From Eledone cirrhosa (taxonomy: Eukaryota), in the NCBI GenBank assembly GCA_964016885.1, contig OZ024741.1:34410001-34474000 (forward strand): a DNA stretch of 64,000 nt. The letters are read 5' to 3'. A model generated the notes under the pieces. It saw nothing but the letters and a program-made list of their open reading frames with translations. It searched no databases and was not told where the DNA came from. Both the position numbers and the translations under genes were made by a program. Positions 25,101-35,199 of the stretch are shown here, one piece after another. The first letter of the stretch is position 1; the number at the start of each line of letters is the position of its first letter.

Positions 25101-28100
25101 GTGAGGTGTAGTGTAGTAAGGTCAAGGTATGTTGTGTGAGGTGTAGTGTAGTAAGTCAAGGTATGTTGTGTGAGGTGTAGTGTAGTAAGTCAAGGTATGT
25201 TGTGTGAGGTGTAGTGTAGTAAGTGAAGGTATGTTGTGTGAGGTGTAGTGTAGTAGGTCAAGGTATGTTGTGTGAGGTGTAGTAAGTGAAGGTATGTTGT
25301 GTGAGGTGTAGTGTAGTAGGTCAAGGTATGTTGTGTGAGGTGTAGTGTAGTAAGTGAAGGTATGTTGTGTGAGGTGTAGTGTAGTAAGTGAAGGTATGTT
25401 GTGTGAGGTGTAGTGTAGTAAGTGAAGGTATGTTGTGTGAGGTGTAGTGTAGTAGGTCAAGGTATGTTGTGTGAGGTGTAGTGTAGTAAGTGAAGGTATG
25501 TTGTGTGAGGTGTAGTGTAGTAGGTCAAGGTATGTTGTGTGAGGTGTAGTGTAGTAAGTGAAGGTATGTTGTGTGAGGTGTAGTGTAGTAAGTGAAGGTA
25601 TGTTGTGTGAGGTGTAGTGTAGTAAGTGAAGGTATGTTGTGTGAGGTGTAGTGTAGTAAGTCAAGGTATGTTGTGTGAGGTGTAGTGTAGTAAGTCAAGG
25701 TATGTTGTGTGAGGTGTAGTGTAGTAAGTGAAGGTATGTTGTGTGAGGTGTAGTGTAGTAGGTCAAGGTATGTTGTGTGAGGTGTAGTGTAGTAAGTGAA
25801 GGTATGTTGTGTGAGGTGTAGTGTAGTAGGTCAAGGTATGTTGTGTGAGGTGTAGTGTAGTAAGTCAAGGTATGTTGTGTGAGGTGTAGTGTAGTAAGTG
25901 AAGGTATGTTGTGTGAGGTGTAGTGTAGTAAGTGAAGGTATGTTGTGTGAGGTGTAGTGTAGTAGGTCAAGGTATGTTGTGTGAGGTGTAGTGTAGTAAG
26001 TGAAGGTATGTTGTGTGAGGTGTAGTGTAGTAGGTCAAGGTATGTTGTGTGAGGTGTAGTGTAGTAAGTCAAGGTATGTTGTGTGAGGTGTAGTGTAGTA
26101 AGTGAAGGTATGTTGTGTGAGGTGTAGTGTAGTAAGTGAAGGTATGTTGTGTGAGGTGTAGTGAAGTAAGTGAAGGTATGTTGTGTGAGGTGTAGTGTAG
26201 TAAGTGAAGGTATGTTGTGTGAGGTGTAGTGTAGTAAGTGAAGGTATGTTGTGTGAGGTGTAGTGTAGTAAGTCAAGGTATGTTGTGTGAGGTGTAGTGT
26301 AGTAAGTGAAGGTATGTTGTGTGAGGTGTAGTGTAGTAAGTGAAGGTATGTTGTGTGAGGTGTAGTGTAGTAAGTGAAGGTATGTTGTGTGAGGTGTAGT
26401 GTAGTAAGTGAAGGTATGTTGTGTGAGGTGTAGTGTAGTAAGTCAAGGTATGTTGTGTGAGGTGTAGTGTAGTAAGTGAAGGTATGTTGTGTGAGGTGTA
26501 GTGTGTAGTAGGTCAAGGTATGTTGTGTGAGGTGTAGTGTAGTAAGTGAAGGTATGTTGTGTGAGGTGTAGTGTAGTAGGTCAAGGTATGTTGTGTGAGG
26601 TGTAGTGTAGTAAGTCAAGGTATGTTGTGTGAGGTGTAGTGTAGTAAGTGAAGGTATGTTGTGTGAGGTGTAGTGTAGTAAGTGAAGGTATGTTGTGTGA
26701 GGTGTAGTGTAGTAGGTCAAGGAATGTTGTGTGAGGTGTAGTGTAGTAAGTGAAGGTATGTTGTGTGAGGTGTAGTGTAGTAGGTCAAGGTATGTTGTGT
26801 GAGGTGTAGTGTAGTAGGTCAAGGAATGTTGTGTGAGGTGTAGTGTAGTAAGTGAAGGTATGTTGTGTGAGGTGTAGTGTAGTAGGTCAAGGTATGTTGT
26901 GTGAGGTGTAGTGTAGTAGGTCAAGGTATGTTGTGTGAGGTGTAGTGTAGTAAGTGAAGGTATGTTGTGTGAGGTGTAGTGTAGTAGGTCAAGGTATGTT
27001 GTGTGAGGTGTAGTGTAGTAAGTGAAGGTATGTTGTGTGAGGTGTAGTGTAGTAAGTGAAGGTATGTTGTGTGAGGTGTAGTGTAGTAGGTCAAGGTATG
27101 TTGTGTGAGGTGTAGTGTAGTAGGTCAAGGTATGTTGTGTGAGGTGTAGTAAGTGAAGGTATGTTGTGTGAGGTGTAGTGTAGTAGGTCAAGGTATGTTG
27201 TGTGAGGTGTAGTGTAGTAGGTCAAGGAATGTTGTGTGAGGTGTAGTAAGTGAAGGTATGTTGTGTGAGGTGTAGTGTAGTAGGTCAAGGTATGTTGTGT
27301 GAGGTGTGGTGTAGTAAGGCAAGGTATGTTGTGTGAGGTGTAGTGTAGTAGGTCAAGGTATGTTGTGTGAGGTGTAGTAAGTCAAGGTATGTTGTGTGAG
27401 GTGTAGTGTAGTAAGTCAAGGTATGTTGTGTGAGGTGTAGTGTAGTAAGTCAAGGTATGTTGTGTGAGGTGTAGTGTAGTAAGTCAAGGTATGTTGTGTG
27501 AGGTGTAGTGTAGTAAGTCAAGGTATGTTGTGTGAGGTGTAGTAAGTGAAGGTATGTTGTGTGAGGTGTAGTGTAGTAAGTGAAGGTATGTTGTGTGAGG
27601 TGTAGTGTAGTAAGTGAAGGTATGTTGTGTGAGGTGTAGTGTAGTAAGTGAAGGTATGTTGTGTGAGGTGTAGTGTAGTAAGTCAAGGTATGTTGTGTGA
27701 GGTGTGGTGTAGTAAGTGAAGGTATGTTGTGTGAGGTGTAGTAGGTCAAGGTATGTTGTGTGAGGTGTAGTAAGTGAAGGTATGTTGTGTGAGGTGTAGT
27801 GTAGTAGGTCAAGGTATGTTGTGTGAGGTGTAGTGTAGTAAGTCAAGGTATGTTGTGTGAGGTGTAGTGTAGTAAGTCAAGGTATGTTGTGTGAGGTGTA
27901 GTGTAGTAGGTCAAGGTATGTTGTGTGAGGTGTAGTGTAGTAAGTCAAGGTATGTTGTGTGAGGTGTAGTGTAGTAAGTCAAGGTATGTTGTGTGAGGTG
28001 TAGTGTAGTAAGTCAAGGTATGTTGTGTGAGGTGTAGTGTAGTAAGTGAAGGTATGTTGTGTGAGGTGTAGTGTAGTAAGTGAAGGTATGTTGTGTGAGG

Positions 28101-28457
28101 TGTAGTGTAGTAGGTCAAGGTATGTTGTGTGAGGTGTAGTGTAGTAGGTCAAGGTATGTTGTGTGAGGTGTAGTGTAGTAAGTGAAGGTATGTTGTGTGA
28201 GGTGTAGTGTAGTAAGTGAAGGTATGTTGTGTGAGGTGTAGTGTAGTAAGTGAAGGTATGTTGTGTGAGGTGTAGTGTAGTAAGTCAAGGTATGTTGTGT
28301 GAGGTGTAGTGTAGTAAGTGAAGGTATGTTGTGTGAGGTGTAGTGTAGTAAGTGAAGGTATGTTGTGTGAGGTGTAGTGTAGTAAGGCTAGGTATGTTGT
28401 GTGAGGTGTAGTGTAGTAAGTCAAGGTACGTTGTGTGAGGTGTAGTAAGTCAAGGTA
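4200..28457. repeat. Large satellite array, 34-bp unit GGTATGTTGTGTGAGGTGTAGTGTAGTAAGT(C/G)AA, roughly 700 copies
   Basis: Continuous head-to-tail repetition with point variants (aagtcaa/aagtgaa/aggtcaa) and 29-bp deletion variants. The + strand is almost C-free. Copy number is estimated as length/34. Confidence 0.99.
19222..19421. other. Assembly gap (200 N) inside the satellite
   Basis: Exactly 200 N; the true array length is therefore unknown. Confidence 0.99.
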
Positions 28458-28659
28458 ATTCTGACACCAACACTGACACAAATGCTAAGACTAACTCTGA
28501 CACAAAGTCTAACGAAAAAGCCAATTCAAACGCTAACAGTAATGGTACCGGTGGCAATAACAGCAATGCTAACAGTGGTAGTACCACTGACACTGGCAAT
28601 AAACTTAACATAACAGTAAAACCTATCCTAACACTAATCCAGTTTCGTTAAAATGTCAT

Positions 28660-29375
28660 TTGAAAGCATCTTTGCGATGATATTTCATGTTAGGGAGGAT
28701 AGGCATTACATTTTAAATATTTGAAGTTAGAGGGAATCACACAACACAATAACACACCACACCACACTAACGCACACTACACCCAACCAGATTATACCAC
28801 AATCCGGTAAATTTATAGAACACCAGGTTTTCTGTTTGAAAAGTTTTTTTCTATTTTCCTTTTGTGCTATCACACAATATGACTGCCAAGATGCCAAGAT
28901 GCTATTTTTTTTCATATATCATCAATGAATATGATTTTGATACCTGACGTATACCATACTTTGTAGAAAAATGAAGGAGGAGAGTTGCGAAGAAAAACTA
29001 TTCACAAAACATTTTTGGTTGCAGTGGAAGTCATATTTGTTGTTAATATGCTAAAAAATATTCGATTGTGAGCAACTTGGAGGTCCGATTCGTTGATAAC
29101 AGATGAAAAAAAAAAAGGAATGTTTTTCTGATTTAAATAAAAGTCCTTATATTAGTTAGAAACACATTATAACTAAGCACACCACGCACACAAAACTACA
29201 CCAATGCACACCATACTACATCACATGGTAAATTTATTGAAGAACACCTACTCCTTGACCTCATTGTGTATAATTTTCTGCCACGTTTTTTTTTTTTTGT
29301 GTGTGTGTGCTTACCACCCAATCTGCCCTCCAAGATAATCGCAATTGACTATTCATTGCACGTATTATCAATGAA
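28660..29375 (-). repeat. Diverged inverted copy of the foldback repeat family amplified at 58390-64000
   Basis: ggataggcattacatttt...ccagattataccac...atttatagaacacc...ctgtttgaaaagtttttt...tttgtagaaaaatgaagg...gcagtggaagtcatatttgttgttaatatgctaaaaaata is the reverse complement of 58390-58865. Confidence 0.85.
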
Positions 29376-29490
29376 GAATTCTTCTCAGGAAACCAGATGT
29401 GTGTAGATGAGTTGGGAGACCAAATGTCATACTAAATAATGTGCTCAATGATGACAGCAGGTTGAAGGCAAGAGAACTTTACATGGCAAT

Positions 29491-29678
29491 GCTGGACAGG
29501 GTGAGCCAGACACAGTGAGCTGGATAAGGTGAGCCGGACAGTGTGAGTTAGATAGGGTGAGCTGGACAGGGTGAGCCGGACAGGGTGAGCTGGACAGGGT
29601 GAGCTGGGTAGTGTGAGCTGGGCAGGGTAAGCTGGATAGGATGAGCCAGACAGTGACATGGGCAGGGTGAGCTGGATG
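29491..29678. repeat. G-rich minisatellite, 14-bp unit CTGGACAGGGTGAG, ~13 diverged copies
   Basis: Direct inspection of the tandem units. Confidence 0.9.
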
Positions 29679-29799
29679 AAAAACTTTGTCATGGCACCAG
29701 TAACAGATGTAGGATACTTATATATAATATATTTCCACAGATTTTTAGGTTTTGTGCTTATGTTTTTAAAAACATGATTATCATTATTGATTCTTTCTT

Positions 29800-29892
29800 T
29801 ACATTCTGAGTTAAATCCTACTGAGGTCAACTTTATTTTATCTCAGAAGGGGTAAAGACAAAATGTCTGGCAAGCACTACGGTCAATATATT
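29800..29892 (+). mobile_element. Degenerate SINE family A remnant
   Basis: tctgagttaaatcctactgaggtcaacttt matches the B-box/core junction of family A. Confidence 0.5.
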
Positions 29893-31028
29893 TGGTACAA
29901 TGTCATAAACTTCATGAATGTACTAAGACTGACCTCCATGACTGGTACAATGTCATAATCTTCATCATTGTACTAAGACTGACCACCATGACTGATACAA
30001 TATCATAATCTTTATCATTGTACTAAGACTGACCACCATGACTGGTACAATGTCATAATCTTCATTATTGTACTAAGATTGACTACCATGACTGGTACAA
30101 TGTCATAATCTTCATCATTGTACTAAGACTGACCACCATGACTGATACAATATCATAATCTTTATCATTGTACTAAGACTGACCACCATGACTGGTACAA
30201 TGTCATAATCTTCATCATTATACTAAGACTGACCACCATGACTGGTACAATGTCATAATCTTCATTATTGTACTAAGACTGACCACCATGACTGGTACAA
30301 TGTCATAAACTTCACCATTGTACTAAGACTGACCACCATGACTGGTACAATGTCATAATCTTCATCATTGTACTAAGACTGACCACCATGACTGGTACAA
30401 TGTCATAAACTTCATCATTGTACTAAGACTGACCACCATGACTGGTACAATGTCATAATCTTCATTATTGTACTAAGACTGACCACCATGACTGGTACAA
30501 TGTCATAAACTTCACCATTGTACTAAGACTGACCACCATGACTGGTACAATGTCATAAACTTCATCATTATACTAAGATTGACCACCATGACTGGTACAA
30601 TGTCATAATCTTCATCATTATACTAAGATTGACCACCATGACTGGTACAATGTCATAATCTTCATCATTGTACTAAGACTGACCACCATGACTGGTACAA
30701 TGTCATAATCTTCATCATTATACTAAGACTGACCACCATGACTGGTACAATGTCATAAACTTCACCATTGTACTAAGACTGACCACCATGACTGGTACAA
30801 TGTCATAATCTTCATCATTGTACTAAGACTGACCACCATGACTGGTACAATGTCATAAACTTCACCATTGTACTAAGACTGACCACCATGACTGGTACAA
30901 TGTCATAATCTTCATCATTGTACTAAGACTGACCACTATGACTGGTACAATGTCATAATCTTCATTACTGTACTAAGACTGACCACCATGACTGGTACAG
31001 TGTCATAAACTTCATCATTGTACTAAGA
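29893..31028. repeat. Tandem repeat, 50-bp unit, ~23 copies
   Basis: Unit actggtacaatgtcataatcttcatcattgtactaagactgaccaccatg with an exact 50-bp register. Confidence 0.98.
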
Positions 31029-31579
31029 ATGCATTAGTTAGTAGTTATATCTCTTTTGTTGCGGTTGGGGTTATGTCATGGTTATTTCTAGGACATCAGA
31101 ACTTTAGAGCGGTCCTAGGTTTACTGGTTTATAGTTAGTGTTAATGTTTGCCAGGATTTGCATTTGGGGTTAGGTGTTTACTGCTAGGTTTAGTCCTCCC
31201 CCTTCTATAATAATATGGTATTTTTACAGAGATCGTATGTGTGTATTTAATGTGTCTGTATTTATATTGAAGTCAGTGTTAAGAGTATAGAAAAACCATT
31301 TGCATGTTTTCCGCTTCATAGTAGTTATATATCTTGAATTAGAAGTTTAGGTAGTCTTGTGTTTGTGTGTACAAAACTGTCTTAGAAAATCATAGAAATT
31401 AACGTTTAAAAGGAGATAACAAATATAGTTTTTTTTTTTAGCTGTAGGCTTTTCGAATTAGCTTCCCTGCTTGTGGAATATAAAAATATGGGACATATAT
31501 CATATTATTAAATTTAATTTAACCCTTTAGCATTTACATTACTCATTATTTTTTCTATATTTTCATGATAAGGCTTTAT

Positions 31580-31850
31580 CACACCATACCACTACATCGT
31601 ACTACATCACACCATGGAATTGATATCAGTGTGAACATTTTTCTTCTTTTTTTGTGCCCCCCTCAATCTGACATCAAAGATGCTCGCCATAGAATGAATA
31701 TGACATGGAAACCTAAAAAATGACTAACTTTGTAGAAAAAAGAGGGTGGAAAGTGGTCGGAAATACCATTAACAAAGCAGTCCCCTTTGATTGGAGTTAT
31801 TTGATTGTTGTTATTATGCTAAATGAATAGTTGACTGCGAGCATCTTTGT
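31580..31850 (-). repeat. Further copy of the foldback repeat family
   Basis: caatctgacatcaaagatgctcgc...aaaatgactaactttgtagaaaaaagaggg...tagttgactgcgagcatcttt matches the 59-64 kb unit in reverse orientation. Confidence 0.8.
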
Positions 31851-32712
31851 AGTGCCATTACTATGTTTTCTACTGCATTAGTTAGTAGTTATATCTCTTA
31901 TGTTGCGGTTGGGGTTATGTTATGGTTATTGCTAGAACATCGGAAGGTTTTAGTGTGGTCCTAGGTTTATTGGTTTATGGTTAGTGTTAATGTCTGCCGG
32001 GGTTAGCTGTTTACTGATAGATTCAGGGCTTCCCCTTCTATAATAAATATGGTATTTTTACAGCGATCGTGTGTGTGTGTGTGTGTGTGTGTACACATAA
32101 ATACAAAAATTATTTTGTTCATAAGCCCTGCCAATTAATTTTAGGACGGGGAGTTATCTCTTAAAACATACAGTTAAAAAAACTGGAGGATTACTCTCCA
32201 TTTCATTTAAATATATCTGTTATTCCTAAATTTGATTTCATACATTGTCAATTATCCATGTTATGATTAGTGCTAGGACAGCGGATGGCTTTGGGGGTTA
32301 GTTTAAACTTAATGTTATGGTCTGTTTTGGTTTGCTGTTAAGGTTAGAATTAATGTTAGCCTGACACAGAATTTGATTTGATACATGGGCAATTATATAT
32401 GTTATGGTTATTTCTAGGACATTGGAGACTGTTAGTACTTAGGTTTGCCGGTTTAAAGTTAGGCTTAATGTCCGTGGTCATGGTTAGGGTTTACGGTTAG
32501 CATTAGTGTTTGTTGGGTTTGAACTTAGGGGTTAGCTGTTAAGTTTAAAGTCAATATTTAGTGCTAGGCTTTTGTGCTCCACCTTCTATTGTGAAAATAG
32601 TATTTTTATAGATTAAATTTAATTTAATGTGTCTGCATTTATATAGAAGTTAGTGTTGAGAGTGTAGATCTATTACTTCTATGTTTTCCACTTCATTAAT
32701 TAGTAGTTACAT

Positions 32713-32894
32713 TTGGATTGGCAGTATCGGTAGAGGGTTGGACGCCATGCTTTGAAGCATAGAGTTGCCTCCCTGTATGATCTGAGTTCAAATCCCGCCG
32801 AGGTTAACTTTGCCTTTCATCCTTACGGGGTCGATAAAATAAAGTACCAGTAATGCACTGAGTAATTGCTGGCCTAGTGTCAAAAGTAGAAACA
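32713..32894 (+). mobile_element. SINE family A with 18-bp TSD
   Basis: attaattagtagttacat at 32695-32712 and 32895-32912; a paralogous empty site lies near 31315. Confidence 0.93.
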
Positions 32895-34227
32895 ATTAAT
32901 TAGTAGTTACATACCTTGAATTAGAATTTCGGGTAGTCTTGTGTGTGTACAAAACTTTAAAAAAAATCATACAAATTAACGGTTAAAGGGAGATTACTAA
33001 TATAGTTTTTAGATGAAGGCTTTTCGAGTTGTATAAAAATATGGAATGTATTTGATGATATTAAATTCAATTTAAGAATTTATGTTAGACTTGAGACAAT
33101 ATTTATTTGATGCATGAGACAGTTAGATATTTTATGGTTATTTCTAGGGTATCGGCAGAATTTGGGACTTAAGGACGCTGGTTTAGTCTTAATTTTCATG
33201 AAAGATTCAAGGTTACCATTAGAGTTTGTTGGGATATGAATTTAGGGGTTAGCAATTACGTTCAGTGAATATTTACTACTGGGTCTTACTGATTCCCCTT
33301 CTATTATAAATATGGTATTTTTATAAACAAAGTTTAAATTAATCCATTTGTATACCTTTTATTAAGATTGGGGTTAGGGCTGGGGTTATGTTATGGTTAT
33401 TGCTAGGACATTGGAGGATTTTAGGGTGGGCTTAGCTTTGTTGGTTTAAAGTTAGTCCTAAAGTTCATGGACATGTTTAGGGTATAAGTTTAGCGTTAGT
33501 GTTTGGCGGCGTTTGAATTTAGGGGTTAACTCTTAAGTTCAGTCACTATTTATTGCTAGGTTTTTGTACTCTCCTTTCTATCAAATATGTGGTATTTTTA
33601 TAGACTAAATTCAATGTGCAATGATATAGTAGTCAATGTTAAGATTGTAGAGTAATTACTATAATTTCTACTGCATTAGTTAGTAGTTATATCTCTTTTG
33701 TGGTAGTTGGGGTTATGTCATGGTTATTGCTAGGACTTCAGAGGGTTTTAGAGCTGTCATAGGATTACTGGTTTATGGTTAGTGGTAATGTTTGCCGGAA
33801 TTTGTATTTAGGGGTTAGCTGTTTACTGCTAGGTTTTAGTGCTCCCCCTTCTATAATAAATATGGTATTTTTACAGAGATTTTGTGTGTCATTCCAATGT
33901 GGACTGTCTCCACTGCCCCCCACCTAGTTATATTACTGACCATACAGTATTCCATTAAGGGTGAGCATGCTATCTGAGCTTTTTAGAGTTTTAACACTTT
34001 TTAGGAAGTGATGTATTTTCTGACTTTAAAGAGAAATATCAATCTTTGGAATGTAGTTTTCCACTGTTAAAATTATAGGAGGTGTCATAATAACACACAG
34101 CATGTCTTGGGCATTTTAGAACATAGCAGACTCTTCAAGTTTGAGCACAGCAGATTTCTTGCAGGGAAGGATAAATAATGAGAAGGATAGAAAGTGAGAG
34201 AAAGGAAGTGAGAAAGAAATATAGAAG

Positions 34228-34365
34228 AAGAATTGACCCCAGTACTAGACTGGTATTTTTCTGTCGCCCTCGGTGGGATTTGAACTCAGACAGCAGAAAG
34301 CCAGAATGAATACTATAAAGCATTCTATCAGATGTTCTAATGACTCTACCAATTTGCTGTCTTAG
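34228..34365 (-). mobile_element. Degenerate SINE family A copy
   Basis: ttgaccccagtactagactggtatt...ctcggtgggatttgaactcag. Confidence 0.65.
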
Positions 34366-34485
34366 ATGTGAGATTACCAGGACAGATTATTTGTGATTAT
34401 GATGTATTTGTATAAGGGTTGTTCAGGACTGGTTGGAATACGAAACCACTTCTTTCATATGACCAGTGATTATTATATTTAGTAA

Positions 34486-34668
34486 GGTGGATTGGCAGTA
34501 TCGGTAGAGGGTCGGACGCCATGCTTTCCAGCATAGTTACGTCCCTTAACGATCTGACTTCAAATCCCACTGAGGTTGACTTTGCCTTTCATCCTTACGG
34601 GGGTCGACAAAATAAAGTACCAGTAATGCACTGGGTAATTGCTGGCCTTGTGCCTAAAAATAGAAACA
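34486..34668 (+). mobile_element. SINE family A with 17-bp TSD
   Basis: attattatatttagtaa at 34469-34485 and 34669-34685. Confidence 0.93.
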
Positions 34669-34685
34669 ATTATTATATTTAGTAA

Positions 34686-34905
34686 TGCTTTCTAATTTAG
34701 GCATAAGGCCAACAATTTTGGGGAAGAGGAAAGTCGATTAAATTGACCCCAGTGTATTACTGGTACTTTATTTTATGGACTCTGTAAGGATGAAAAGTAA
34801 AATTAACTTCAGCAGGATTTGAACTCAGAACATAAAATGACATAACTATATGCCACAAAGCATGTAGTCCGACACTCTACCGATACTATCAATCCATTGT
34901 GCTAA
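34686..34905 (-). mobile_element. SINE family A copy, tail-to-tail with the preceding copy
   Basis: Reverse complement of the 1410-1640 type, including the longer 3' region. Confidence 0.88.
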
Positions 34906-35017
34906 TAATAATAATAACTATTATTATCTATAATATAATGGAGGGAGGAGTGCGGGACAGCGTCTGTTTTATAATGTTTTATCCCGTTAGTAAAATAAGT
35001 TGGATTACTTTGAATAA

Positions 35018-35185
35018 ATAATTGTTTCTAATTTTGGCACAAGGCCAGCAAATACCCAGTACATTACTGGTACTTTATTTTATTGACCCATAAGGATGAA
35101 AGGCAAAGTCAACCTTGGCGGGATTTGAACTCAGACCATAAAGGGACGTAACTTACCTGGAAAGCCTGGCACCCGGCCCTCTACT
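35018..35185 (-). mobile_element. SINE family A copy
   Basis: ttgtttctaattttggcacaaggccagc...gatgaaaggcaaagtcaaccttggcgggatttgaactcag. Confidence 0.88.
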
Positions 35186-35199
35186 AAATCTCATTGCTC

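Larger units (their letters stand above)
31029..33890. repeat. Old array of ~6 diverged 200-260 bp modules with degenerate TTAGGG-like hexamers
   Basis: Recurrent ...gttatggttatt(t/g)ctaggacat... and ...ccccttctataataaatatggtattttta... ending near 31230, 32065, 32610, 33325, 33600 and 33880. Confidence 0.8.

Noticed and set aside
4200-28457. Satellite as a novel long telomeric repeat
   Set aside because: It is G/T-biased, but interstitial, flanked by ordinary sequence on both sides, and lacks G3 runs.
4134-28481. Dozens of His/Thr/Tyr-rich minus-strand ORFs, up to 498 aa (25695-27191)
   Set aside because: They are translations of the 34-bp satellite. Length depends only on whether the C/G variant removes the TGA in every third unit, and the starts are TTG.
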